Notes: generated by a model from the letters alone, not told the origin. 64,000 bases of DNA from Candidatus Borrarchaeum weybense (GCA_019057385.1 JAHQJS010000007.1:512001-576000); one strand, 5' to 3'; shown: positions 30,148-40,170, counted from the stretch's first letter. A program made the numbers and translations.

Positions 30148-30204
30148 TCTACACGCCTCTTTCCTCTCCATCTTAAAAGATAGGAGTCTCCAGAGGAGAT
30201 TTCA

Positions 30205-31890
30205 ATGAAAGGCAAGAACCTTTATACAATTTACATTGCTTTCTTAGTGTGCTTTTTCGGAGTTTATTTCATATTATCTGGTTTTCAGATAGTAAATAGC
30301 CCGATAAGTGTCGTAACGAAACTGTACAACAGCATTCTGCTAATATTCGAGTTTGCATTTGTTATTATTTTGTTTTTCAGCAATTTAGGAACACGATCAT
30401 CGTTTAGTGAAAAACTATTGGATACTGAAACGCCATTCCTAAAAAAATACCCAGTTGTTTCTGTAATCGTCTCAATATTCAATGAACCGATCAGGGTTGT
30501 AAAAAATACTTTAGTTGCACTTAGCCAACTGACTTACCCGAAAGAAAAACTCGAAATATTCATTGCCGATGATTCAACAAGAGATTACTTTGTACACTGG
30601 TGTCAAAAAAACTGCGAAAAACTCGGCATAAACTATATCCATCGTAAAGATCGTACCAATCGTCGAGTGGGGGCTCTAAATGACGTTATTTACAATCACA
30701 CAAGAGGCGAGTATATCGTAATGTTTGATGCTGATAACTTACCAAAAGAAGATGCTATTCAAAAACTACTTTATGAATTTGATAACACAAATAACGATAA
30801 ATTAGCCTTTGTACAGGGAATTTTTGATATAACAAACAACAATACTATCGCCGCACGACTTAGTTATCTGGTAGAATATGCCTATTTCACAACAGTCATC
30901 GCAAGACTAAATGAAAAGGGATTATGCGTCCTATCAGGACATTCATGCTGCATTAAGAAGTCTGCTTTACTTGAGATTGGAGGTATACAGGGTAAAACCT
31001 TTCAAGATGACTATGAGACGTCTACCGTTTTCTTTGCAAATGGCTTCGAAGGAAAGCGTGCTAATTTTCATTGTTCATCAGTTGTAGCACCTACTACAAT
31101 TAGGGCCTTTCTGAATATGTATTTTAAGTGGCTTCTTGGTGGTCTGTCAGTTTTACGCACAAATTTTTGGACTATTCTAAGATCAAAGAAAATGCAATTT
31201 CGTCAGAAAATTAACTTATTTATTGGTTTTTCTGCGATGTTCATGAATTTATTCGTTGTTTTATGGGCAATAGGATTACTTCTGTTAGTTTTGTTTAATA
31301 TCCCATTAATTCGTGGTAATCTCTCTTTTTGGATCTTTAGTTTCTCCTCTTTTACACTATTTATGGCAGTTTTTATTGTAAATGGTTTTATGAATTCATT
31401 TGGAGTTTATGTAATGTATCTCAGACGAGGAATAATGCTGCCTAGACTCTTTAAACGCTTTTTTCCAGCACATCCTACCACAATGATCCCTGGTAACACA
31501 AGTTCCCTAGACTGCATTCGAATAGATGCTTTTGCTCCTTTCCTTCTTATCTTAATACCTTTTCTTGTATTTTTACAGTTTCTTCTCGTGTTGTTTGGTG
31601 GAAAACCACCATCTTTCCTTTCAGAAAAAAGAGAAAATGTGAAACTCAATCGCAGTTTTAGTTCTGAAATATCGCGTGTTTTACTTGTTCTTCTCGGCTT
31701 CGTTTTCCTTTATGCAGCATACATCATATACTTCACAAATCAGATTTTGGCATTTACTCTCTTTGGTTTTTCTCTTGCTTTACTGTTAACGCTCCCATTA
31801 ATTGTGTTCGAATTCTTTGAAAACAAAGATAAAATTACAAGTGAAGAATACGACCGTCTAGAAGAACGAGAATTCGATTTGGAATATTAG
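30205..31890 (+). CDS. Membrane GT2 glycosyltransferase, cellulose-synthase-like architecture
   Basis: Two N-terminal TMs, IADDST, GALN, MFDADN (DxD), FVQG, QDDY, YFKW, several C-terminal TMs. Confidence 0.85.
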   Translation: MKGKNLYTIYIAFLVCFFGVYFILSGFQIVNSPISVVTKLYNSILLIFEFAFVIILFFSNLGTRSSFSEKLLDTETPFLKKYPVVSVIVSIFNEPIRVVKNTLVALSQLTYPKEKLEIFIADDSTRDYFVHWCQKNCEKLGINYIHRKDRTNRRVGALNDVIYNHTRGEYIVMFDADNLPKEDAIQKLLYEFDNTNNDKLAFVQGIFDITNNNTIAARLSYLVEYAYFTTVIARLNEKGLCVLSGHSCCIKKSALLEIGGIQGKTFQDDYETSTVFFANGFEGKRANFHCSSVVAPTTIRAFLNMYFKWLLGGLSVLRTNFWTILRSKKMQFRQKINLFIGFSAMFMNLFVVLWAIGLLLLVLFNIPLIRGNLSFWIFSFSSFTLFMAVFIVNGFMNSFGVYVMYLRRGIMLPRLFKRFFPAHPTTMIPGNTSSLDCIRIDAFAPFLLILIPFLVFLQFLLVLFGGKPPSFLSEKRENVKLNRSFSSEISRVLLVLLGFVFLYAAYIIYFTNQILAFTLFGFSLALLLTLPLIVFEFFENKDKITSEEYDRLEEREFDLEY

Positions 31891-32135
31891 CTCTTTTTGT
31901 TCTAATATAATAAGAAAAAGAGAAGCGGAACAAAAAAATGAAAAATATAAGAGCATGAATAACACGTTAGATATATCTAGCTTCATTAGTGAAAACAAAG
32001 TTCTTGAGAACATGATTATCGCCTTAGGGACGGAGGAGATGGAATGTTCTATTTCACTCCATGTTTTTAGGGCTTTCTTTCAATGCACTAAGGAGGGGAC
32101 ATATAGACATCTAGCTTAAGGGAGAGGAATAGACT

Positions 32136-32612
32136 GTGGCTAGAAAAGTAATTATTCCTATGGAACTAAAATATGATTTTGCTTTAAGAGCATACACAAG
32201 TATCTACAAAGGATTCTTTTATGCAATCCGCGAGGAATGCGATGCTGCTACAGCATTTAAAGTTTATGAAAGGCTCTGCAAAATGGGTGATAGAATAAAG
32301 AATCTTGCAAATTTTGTTCTAACCGTCTTTAAAATTGAGGGCAACGATGTTGAGGCTATAGATAAGTGGTTTGACATCTGGGCTGAGCTCATGGGGATGG
32401 AAAGAATCATACTTGAGGAGACAAAGACATTCAGCAAAGCTAAAATTACAAAATGTAATGTTAAAACAGAATTCAAAGATATAGACGGTCATTGCTTAAT
32501 CTTCACCAATATTATCTTTAACACTATAAATCCCAAGGCTATCGTTGAACGACCTAAGGGAATGTGCGCTGGGGATCCTTATTGTGAATTCATCGCAAAA
32601 ATAGAAGAATGA
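32136..32612 (+). CDS. V4R/ATC-hydrolase-like small-ligand-binding protein (paralog 1)
   Basis: ITKC...C...INPK...KGMCAGDPYCEF. Confidence 0.7.
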   Translation: MARKVIIPMELKYDFALRAYTSIYKGFFYAIREECDAATAFKVYERLCKMGDRIKNLANFVLTVFKIEGNDVEAIDKWFDIWAELMGMERIILEETKTFSKAKITKCNVKTEFKDIDGHCLIFTNIIFNTINPKAIVERPKGMCAGDPYCEFIAKIEE

Positions 32613-32677
32613 TTCTATTACAATTATTTTAAAATATACTTTAAAGTTGTAATCAAATTAAGGAGGAAGATGAAACT

Positions 32678-33154
32678 ATGTCTAAGGAAGTGGTGATACC
32701 TTGGGAACTCAAATACAAATTTGTTAGGGGAATGATGACAACCCTGTTCAAAGGGTTCATGTATGAGATTCGCGAGGAATGTGGCGCAGCAACTGCACTC
32801 AAAATACATGAAAGGCTCAATAAGAGAGATGATAGAATAAAGAATATGACATATACACTTAGAGAAGTCTTCAGCATAGAAGGCAATGATATCGAAACAA
32901 TTGAGAGGTGGTATAATATCTATTGGGAGCTCACCGGGATTGAAGGTACTAGACTTGAGCAATCCAAAACATTCGGTAGGAATAGAATCACTAAGTGTCC
33001 GTTTAAAACAGGCTACAAAGATATCAGCGAATGGTGTGTAAACTTCAACAATATTATTATTAAGACTATTAATCCAAAGACTATCCTTAATCGAGTTAAA
33101 GGAATGTGTGCTGGAGATCCCTATTGCGAATTCATCACAAAAATAGAAAAATGA
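32678..33154 (+). CDS. V4R/ATC-hydrolase-like protein (paralog 2, tandem duplicate)
   Basis: Same length (158 aa) and motifs as 32136-32612. Confidence 0.7.
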   Translation: MSKEVVIPWELKYKFVRGMMTTLFKGFMYEIREECGAATALKIHERLNKRDDRIKNMTYTLREVFSIEGNDIETIERWYNIYWELTGIEGTRLEQSKTFGRNRITKCPFKTGYKDISEWCVNFNNIIIKTINPKTILNRVKGMCAGDPYCEFITKIEK

Positions 33155-33193
33155 GGAAAGTGGTTTTAGAAAGATATAACTCCAACATTCGCA

Positions 33194-34324
33194 TTATTCG
33201 AATAATTTTGTCCATAATTCCATTCGAGTTAGCATATATTGCAAATAGTCCTGCTGTGTACCTTGTACGTAGTTTAATTTTTGTTTAAGTCCCTCTATTA
33301 ATGATTGATATGCACTGCAATAATCCGTAGTATCAATAAATTCGACAGAATCTACCATCTTCCATAAAGTTTCGCCAAGTTCAATACCAGGTAACTCTGC
33401 TCGTATATCTTTAAATACACTCCTTGGAGTCTTTTCATGAACACATATAGGTGCTCCATGAGCGAGATATGTTCCTATGTGATCACAAACTTTTTTAAGG
33501 AACAAACCAGACCAGATATCATCAAAACGGTCAATTTTTTCTTCAGGACCCATAGGTAGCTGATAGAAAGCAGGGATAACCTCTGGAGAAAACGCGAGAT
33601 TCATGGTACAGACTGTCAAATATGTTTTCTTTGCAACAACAGTATGTTGATCCTTAAGTCTAATTGATTTTGACTGTGGTCTTCCATTTAAGCCGCCCTG
33701 CAAAAGGATGGTGACTGCATCTAAATCAGGATCATTAATCCATAGACCCTGATTGAGAACAATTTTTCCATCGATCTGTTCCTCATAATAACCAAAATTT
33801 TCTCGCGTATCCTGAGCATAAGGATAGCCGCGTGGGAATAGGCCTTCCATTTCAAGTTCTAGATTGGTAAGAACATTATACCATTTGTTTTTTGTACTAA
33901 TAGCTTTATCAACGGAAATAGAATTTTCAATAACTTGCTCGTGTAACCCTAAATAGTCATAGTCCATGGAAGGGTGCGTATCATCATCAATCATTATAAC
34001 TAAGTTCGGTTCTTCTTCATATGCAAGAATGAGACCAAAACTGGTTTCAGAGTGGGCACGTAGAGGAATAAGTTGTTCGTATTTTTCCCATTGTTGACCA
34101 AATCGATCTTGAAAATACTTTTCGCGCTCTTTCTTACCCCAAAATTCGGTTTCAATATCCGAAAAAAGTTCTTGGTTCTTTTCTCGAATTTTATTTGCTT
34201 CTTCATCAATAACAAGTGCTTTTATCCGCTCTAAACTATGATTATATTTCTTAAAATTCTCGATATATTTTTTCCAATACTCGAATACGTGAATTGAGGG
34301 AATTATTAAGACTATTTTCTTCAT
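33194..34324 (-). CDS. GT75 / reversibly glycosylated polypeptide (UDP-arabinopyranose mutase-like)
   Basis: MIDDDT, PRGYPY, QGLW..DPDLDAVT, MNLAF, PAFYQLPMG, RFDDIWSG. Confidence 0.82.
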   Translation of the reverse strand: MKKIVLIIPSIHVFEYWKKYIENFKKYNHSLERIKALVIDEEANKIREKNQELFSDIETEFWGKKEREKYFQDRFGQQWEKYEQLIPLRAHSETSFGLILAYEEEPNLVIMIDDDTHPSMDYDYLGLHEQVIENSISVDKAISTKNKWYNVLTNLELEMEGLFPRGYPYAQDTRENFGYYEEQIDGKIVLNQGLWINDPDLDAVTILLQGGLNGRPQSKSIRLKDQHTVVAKKTYLTVCTMNLAFSPEVIPAFYQLPMGPEEKIDRFDDIWSGLFLKKVCDHIGTYLAHGAPICVHEKTPRSVFKDIRAELPGIELGETLWKMVDSVEFIDTTDYCSAYQSLIEGLKQKLNYVQGTQQDYLQYMLTRMELWTKLFE

Positions 34325-34464
34325 CCCAGCTACACCAACAGCTAGTACCTTTTGATCTTATTTTTTTTAATTTTTTTGTAAATTCATCCGAAACCTAAAA
34401 ATACATATGGTATATACTACCCGCCTACTATTGCAAAGACCTGCACGGAAAAGGAGGTTGCTTA

Positions 34465-34743
34465 ACGGTAGACGATAATTGTATCTACATCGGAAGAAAA
34501 CCTGTAATGAGTTACGTCTTAGCCGTGATCACACAGCTAAACAAAGCCGAGGACGCTTTAATACGTGCAAGATGTAGAAATATCAGCAAAGCAGTTGACG
34601 TGGCTGAAATTATAAAACAGCGATTCATGAAGGATCAAGCGGACGTGAAAAACATCGAAATTGGATCAGAGATTATAAAAGAGGATGGCGGCGGTAGAGA
34701 ACGTAATGTAAGCACCATAAACTTTCTAGTAAAGCGTAGTTAA
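34465..34743 (+). CDS. albA: Alba chromatin/RNA-binding protein (ACG at the expected start position)
   Basis: IYIGRKPVMSYVLAV...ARCRNISKAVDVAE...IEIGSE...RNVSTI; GGAGGT SD precedes ACG at 34465. Confidence 0.85.
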   Translation, partial: TVDDNCIYIGRKPVMSYVLAVITQLNKAEDALIRARCRNISKAVDVAEIIKQRFMKDQADVKNIEIGSEIIKEDGGGRERNVSTINFLVKRS

Positions 34744-34893
34744 AACTAAAACTTCTAAAAATATACCTCTGTAACCGCAAATTTCCTTTTTTGATTTTTG
34801 TTTTTTTTGATGATTTGTCCTTCAAATTCATTGCAGATCTTAAGAAATTAGACTATGTGTTAGTTCCATGCTCTGGAATTCATCAAAAAAGAA

Positions 34894-36287
34894 GTGAACT
34901 ACTCCACCCTGACGGATGGCGCTTCCTGCGAGTCCTCCGAACCATGTCCAATAATTGGACTGGGGACTTTCGTTTTACCATTGGCTGTGTGTCGCAGATT
35001 ATCAAGAAAATCTTGATAGCCTGTCCACTTGGCATTCTGTGATAGGTAGCGTTTCATGATCACCACGCAACTATTTTTGTCTCTGGCGATCACGTTACCA
35101 CACTCACAAATCATAACTCTTTGCCAGATCGGCATCTCATGGAGTTTACCGCACATATAACACTCCCGGGAGCTATTACGTTCGTCAAATTCTATTAGTC
35201 TTTTACCTACCCGATTGGATTTGTAGGTTAGAAACTGCACGAACCGCCCCAGTGAACCTGTGTTCTGTGTAGCGCGGTGTAACCCCTTTCGTATATGGGT
35301 GGGCACCTTCCTTGACTGTGCCATACCCTTGACGTTCAAGTCGCCTACGATAATGGTATTTGCCCTGGTATTCTCTACTAACTTCTTGCTGAGTTTGTGC
35401 TGGAAATCTTTGAGCTGATGATCACGTTTTCGTTCGTACTTGCGCTTGATGGCGTTGAGATAGTTCCAGCGTTGGCTATACTTCTTGCAATGGTCCCGTC
35501 GTGCCTGTATCTTGGCGATTTTTGGATTCCAATATTTATCGGGGCGTTGGTTTTTAACCACCAAAAATTTTCCCGAGGTATTGACCGCCGTCACGATGTT
35601 GGTGATCCCCAAGTCTATCGCTTGGTACCTCCCATTGTCCACATAGGCTGGTTCTTTGACTTCATAGGTTATGGCGATAAAATACTGCGCATGTTTCTTG
35701 AAAATAGCCACTTGGGTAATTTGTGTATCGTTAAGGAACGAAAACTTTTCAGGTATGACAAACTCCAACGGTATGTTGTTACATTTATGAGAAAAAGAGA
35801 TGCTGTCCTGTTCCAGCTTGAAGCCCGACTGGTTGTAAATCATGGTAGTAAAGTAGTTCTTGCCTTTAAAGCGTGGCGGGCGAGCATTGGCGCGTCCATG
35901 TTTGTTCAAAGCAAAAAAAGACGCATAATCGGCGGCTAAAGCCCTGAGAACGTACTGTAACACCTTTGAATACACCCAGCAATATTCCGGGTAGCGCTGT
36001 TTGATGGCTGGCAGGTCATTTTGCTGTTTACGATAGTTGACACCCGTAATACCGTATCGATAGGCATGCTGTCGTTCGGCAAGGGCAAAGTTATAAATGA
36101 GCCTGCATTTCTCCGAGAGTTTCCAGAGCACCTCCTCCTGTTCAAGAGTGGGAAAAATCCTGATTTGCTGTGTCAGATTCATAGGCGTCACGCAGACTCT
36201 GATATCAGTACTTATATCCCAAAACTATATATGAAGACCGCGGCTTTCACTCCCTCCCTGTCGGAAGGGTACTTCCTGCCGCATAAG
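34894..36287 (-). mobile_element. IS200/IS605-family TnpB-only element
   Basis: Right end GTGAACTACTCCACCCTGACGGATGG; left-end hairpin CCCTCCCTGTCGGAAGGG; adjacent TTTAA candidate TAM. Confidence 0.85.
34899..36191 (-). CDS. tnpB: TnpB RNA-guided nuclease, apparently intact
   Basis: IRIFPT, PPRFK, AIDLGI, IVGDL, CYMC/CECG zinc finger, ARDKNS. Confidence 0.88.
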   Translation of the reverse strand: MTPMNLTQQIRIFPTLEQEEVLWKLSEKCRLIYNFALAERQHAYRYGITGVNYRKQQNDLPAIKQRYPEYCWVYSKVLQYVLRALAADYASFFALNKHGRANARPPRFKGKNYFTTMIYNQSGFKLEQDSISFSHKCNNIPLEFVIPEKFSFLNDTQITQVAIFKKHAQYFIAITYEVKEPAYVDNGRYQAIDLGITNIVTAVNTSGKFLVVKNQRPDKYWNPKIAKIQARRDHCKKYSQRWNYLNAIKRKYERKRDHQLKDFQHKLSKKLVENTRANTIIVGDLNVKGMAQSRKVPTHIRKGLHRATQNTGSLGRFVQFLTYKSNRVGKRLIEFDERNSSRECYMCGKLHEMPIWQRVMICECGNVIARDKNSCVVIMKRYLSQNAKWTGYQDFLDNLRHTANGKTKVPSPIIGHGSEDSQEAPSVRVE

Positions 36288-36303
36288 TTAAATAGGTACG
36301 GTC

Positions 36304-36753
36304 GTGAACTACTCACAGCTAATGAAATGGGCTTCCTGCTTCGACGACCGAACTTTCTATCACCTAAAGGAATACTATAGCTGTATCCTCCTATCACAGT
36401 AGAGGGTTCAGTCTCCACTGGCTTAGCATCCCTACGTTCCGTAGGTAGTGCGAACGATCCTGATGCAATCGAATTAGAGTATGCACCTTGTCTACAAGCG
36501 TGCTTATTATCCCTCCGAATGCGATTGATACCATTATACCATCTGATTAGCCATAACAACTGCAAGGACTTCCATCACTTCTTTGATACTACCTGGGGGT
36601 CTTGTATCCCTGCCTTCGTCCCGATATTAATCAGGATACCATAGCCACCAAACTATTTATGTATAGGGGACCCCATGATGAAAGTAATGAAAAGTGAACA
36701 CTAACCGCAATTCATTCCACCCCTTAAGGAGTGGGCATCTTGCTTAGCTACCT
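36304..36753 (-). mobile_element. Non-autonomous IS605 derivative retaining ends and the tnpB 3'/omega RNA region
   Basis: GTGAACTACTCAC...GGGCTTCCTG right end; PTERRDAKPVETEP tnpB-tail remnant; left-end hairpin CCACCCCTTAAGGAGTGG; adjacent TTTAC. Confidence 0.75.
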
Positions 36754-36960
36754 GTAAAAATTATTAATTAGCAGTTAATTGCTTCACGGGTCTAAATGCT
36801 TAGACATTTGCTAAATAATTGTTAACTGCTTTACAAAAAAGAATTAAATAGGTACATCTGTTTAAGTTATTAGTTAGCAGTTGAGCAGTGTAATCAGTTA
36901 TATAAGCCGTTCAATGTTTAAGGGAAGATACAGAATTGTGTGTCCTACTGAGGGATTTGA

Positions 36961-37812
36961 ATGGACATCAAGAAAGAAATTGAAATTGCAATAGAAAAGG
37001 CAATCAGTTTAAGAGAACAAGGAAACGTTGAGGAAGCCTTAGAAGCATATCATAAGATTGCTAAACTTCTAGAAGAAGAAGGTGATATATTAAATGCTGC
37101 CAATGCGTATCTTGAGATGGGATTGCTGTTAAATGAAAATGGTGAGGATGAAAAAGCATTAGAATGGCATAAGAAAGCGTTTACTTCTTTTCAAGAACAT
37201 AAAGATGAACGTACAGCTCTTGTGGCTGTTTATCTATGTGTGACGCTTACAAATTTAGGAGATCACTCAGAAGCTATAAATTATGGTTTACAAAGCCTTA
37301 AGATCTATGAAAAAATGAATAATGAAGAGGGTATGGCTGGTATGGCTGAAGCGTATTATGCTTTAGCACTTGCCAAAACTGAAAGCAATGAAACTCAAGA
37401 AGAGGCTTTTGATTATTTTAACAAAGCATTAGAAATAAATAAAAAACTAAATAATAAAGAAGCCATTTCAGCGATTCATAATGAGTTAGGCAACATACAT
37501 TTGACCTATGATAAACTTGAAGAAGCTATGACACACTTCAAGAAGGCGTTAGATTTATACAAAAAATTGGATGATATTGAAGGAATGGCTTCAACGTTTG
37601 TAAATATTGCAGAACTTCATGAGATTAAAGAAGATTACAGAAACGCCGGATTCAATTTCTTGAAAGCTGCAGAACAGTTTATTGCGTGTAGTCTACCTGA
37701 TTTAGCAGAAGAATTTATCGCTAGAACAGATTCATTAATTCAAGAATTGCCAAAAAGTACTCGTCGAACAATCAGGAAAAAAATCGACGAGTTAAATGCA
37801 AAAATCAAATAG
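36961..37812 (+). CDS. Tetratricopeptide repeat protein
   Basis: Repeated A..Y..LG...EAL..Y.KAL motifs. Confidence 0.85.
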   Translation: MDIKKEIEIAIEKAISLREQGNVEEALEAYHKIAKLLEEEGDILNAANAYLEMGLLLNENGEDEKALEWHKKAFTSFQEHKDERTALVAVYLCVTLTNLGDHSEAINYGLQSLKIYEKMNNEEGMAGMAEAYYALALAKTESNETQEEAFDYFNKALEINKKLNNKEAISAIHNELGNIHLTYDKLEEAMTHFKKALDLYKKLDDIEGMASTFVNIAELHEIKEDYRNAGFNFLKAAEQFIACSLPDLAEEFIARTDSLIQELPKSTRRTIRKKIDELNAKIK

Positions 37813-37827
37813 AGAGATTTGCTCTTT

Positions 37828-40170
37828 TTATAATTTTTCGGGTGTTAATTCATCATAAGAAGCATCTTCTTTGAAGAAGACTACTTTAACTGCACCAAAA
37901 TTCCTGAAAATATCTCTTGTAGCTTTTATACTCTTTGAGTCCATCATTTCTGCTTCAACAAAGACGGTTTTACCTAAAAAGGCCCCCATACGTCCTAAAG
38001 TCCCAATGATCGTTCCAACTGCTTCTGCTGAACTTAAACTCTCCAGTGATTGATATTCAAGGAGTTCTGTTTTTTCAGAATTATCTAGTACTCTTCGAAT
38101 AATAGATTTATCTTCAACAGACCAGTTGACCACGTCTAGTCCATACTTTTCAGCAACTTCTGGTAGCGATTGATTAATTCTCGAAATCATTTGCGTACGT
38201 AATTCTGGAATTATTGAATCTAGCCATTGAACATATAAATACAAAATCTTTCTACGAAGTAATCCCTGATTGTATTCTTTCTTTTCTTTTTCAATATCTA
38301 CGACACGTGATTTTAGAAGTTGGCTTTCACTTTCTAATTTAGTCTCCAACTTAAGTAAGCGTTCTTTTTCAGATCTAGTACGTCTTAAATCTTCTTTAAG
38401 TGTTTTTTCTTCATTTACTAGCTCATTTATCCTTTTTTGACTCGATCCATCTTGTAGCGTTTTTACTTTTACTTTTATTTGTTCAAGTTTTTTATTCAAT
38501 TTATTGATTTCACTTTGAAGACTTTTTGCTTCTTTTTCGAGTTTCTTGATGTCTATATCTTGCTTTTTGTCCTCTTTTGCTTCTTCAACCACTGAAAGGT
38601 TTTCTAATTGTCTTATCTTTTCAAGTACTTCTTTTAATTCTGATAATTTCTTGTTAGCGTCTTTGATATTATCCTTCAATGTCTTTAAGAACTTCTTTTC
38701 TAATTGTACTTCTTTATTGATTGAGACAATTTGGGACAATTTACCGCTACGATCACTTACTGCTTTAGCGTCCGTTTTCAGATCGGAAATATTTTTCTTA
38801 GTTTGAGAAATAGCCTCCTTATAGTGTGTTATATTTTCTTCTGCATAATTTAGCAACGCTTTTGATTCAAAAGAAGTAGTACAAACCGGACAATTTTTAG
38901 TCTTTTTCTCCTTAAGAGTAGGCAGTATAACATCCAACGCTTTAATCATGTTTTTATCGCTTTTTATACTTGCTTCAAATTTGTTGATTTTCTCGCTTAG
39001 GCTCTTTAATTCTTTTTCTAGTGTTTTCTTTTCATTTTCAAGCTCTTTATCTGATAATTTTGAAATTCCTTGTTCTTTCATTGTTTTTATAAGCATATCT
39101 TGGTACTTTTTAAGTTTTAATTCACTATTTTTTTCTTTCTTCTCTAGATCAAAAATCTTTTGTTTTTGTGAATCTAATTCTTTTAATAGAATACCCGAAG
39201 TAAGTTCATCTTCCATCTTATATTTTTTAGTTAACTTTTTAATCTCATTATCTAATTTCTCAATTGATTTCCTGCATTCTTCCTGTTTTTCAACTTTCTC
39301 TTGGATATCTTCTTTTCTGCCTTCTAATTGCTCTTTTAAATATTGTAACCGTTTTTCCTTTTCTTTCAATAACGCTTGCGTATTTCTCTGTTCTTTTTTC
39401 ATTGTTTGTAATTCATAATTTTGGCGATTGAACTTTTCAAGATCTTGTTGTATTTGACTTATCTTATCTTCATATTCTTCAATTTCTAGATTTAGGGTTG
39501 TTATTCTTCCTGTTTTCTCTTCACGAGATCCTTCTACTTGAACAAGTTTTTCTTGTTCGTTTTCTTGTGAATCAATTCTTGATTTTATGTTCAATAAACG
39601 ATCATTTTCGATTTGGATAAGCCTCTCGAAAATTTTGCGTGTGCGAAGCAGTGTGGGGACAAGCGAACTTTCCTCAATCCGTTCTTGGTAGTTTTTTAAA
39701 TTATCTTCAATCTTCTCTAGAAAAATTACGGAATTATCGAAATAGCTACCCTGTTCCGCACCAGATTCTTGAGCAAGGTAATTCAATACCTCTTCAGGAG
39801 TACCTGCAATTACTTCATCTCCATTTTCGAATAGACCCGAGTGAGTAATGCCTCCCGGCTCAATGATATGCTGAAGTGTGTATTTCCTCCCATCAATTTC
39901 TAAAAAGACCTCAACTTTTCCATCTTGTGTTTTTGTCTTAGAACTTTTTGGATCAATAATCTTTATTAGACGCTCGATAGGTGGATTACCACCAAACACG
40001 GAGTTTAATGCTAGAAGAGATGTCGTTTTTCCCGAAGCATTTCTGCCAAAAACTATTACATCATCATTCTTGGTTGGAAATAGCACTTCTGTTCGATTAT
40101 GAAAACTACCAATTCCTTGAATTGCATATCCATTAACGATTATTTTAGGAACTGAGGAGTTCGTTGACAA
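37828..40170 (-). CDS. Rad50/SMC-like ABC ATPase with zinc hook; degenerate signature and Walker B
   Basis: GRNASGKTT Walker A, long coiled coil, central CPVC, LSSAE signature, VFVEAEMMD. Confidence 0.8.
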   Translation of the reverse strand: MSTNSSVPKIIVNGYAIQGIGSFHNRTEVLFPTKNDDVIVFGRNASGKTTSLLALNSVFGGNPPIERLIKIIDPKSSKTKTQDGKVEVFLEIDGRKYTLQHIIEPGGITHSGLFENGDEVIAGTPEEVLNYLAQESGAEQGSYFDNSVIFLEKIEDNLKNYQERIEESSLVPTLLRTRKIFERLIQIENDRLLNIKSRIDSQENEQEKLVQVEGSREEKTGRITTLNLEIEEYEDKISQIQQDLEKFNRQNYELQTMKKEQRNTQALLKEKEKRLQYLKEQLEGRKEDIQEKVEKQEECRKSIEKLDNEIKKLTKKYKMEDELTSGILLKELDSQKQKIFDLEKKEKNSELKLKKYQDMLIKTMKEQGISKLSDKELENEKKTLEKELKSLSEKINKFEASIKSDKNMIKALDVILPTLKEKKTKNCPVCTTSFESKALLNYAEENITHYKEAISQTKKNISDLKTDAKAVSDRSGKLSQIVSINKEVQLEKKFLKTLKDNIKDANKKLSELKEVLEKIRQLENLSVVEEAKEDKKQDIDIKKLEKEAKSLQSEINKLNKKLEQIKVKVKTLQDGSSQKRINELVNEEKTLKEDLRRTRSEKERLLKLETKLESESQLLKSRVVDIEKEKKEYNQGLLRRKILYLYVQWLDSIIPELRTQMISRINQSLPEVAEKYGLDVVNWSVEDKSIIRRVLDNSEKTELLEYQSLESLSSAEAVGTIIGTLGRMGAFLGKTVFVEAEMMDSKSIKATRDIFRNFGAVKVVFFKEDASYDELTPEKL

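Larger units (their letters stand above)
28666..30204 (+). mobile_element. IscB-encoding IS200/IS605 (OMEGA) element
   Basis: GTCAATTACCCC start, HEARO RNA, iscB, and terminal hairpin TTCCTCTCC...GGAGTCTCC followed by ATGA. Confidence 0.88.

Noticed and set aside
35397-36565. ORFs 35397-35939, 36021-36380 and 36212-36565
   Set aside because: They are antisense or shadow frames of tnpB and IS ends.
36288-36855. 12-bp repeat TTAAATAGGTAC at 36288 and 36844 as a target-site duplication
   Set aside because: IS200/IS605 elements make no TSD, the copies do not abut the MITE ends, and the sequence is AT-rich.
37828-40170. Calling the ATPase rad50 or smc
   Set aside because: No mre11 neighbour, no hinge domain and degenerate C-terminal motifs, so no symbol was given.
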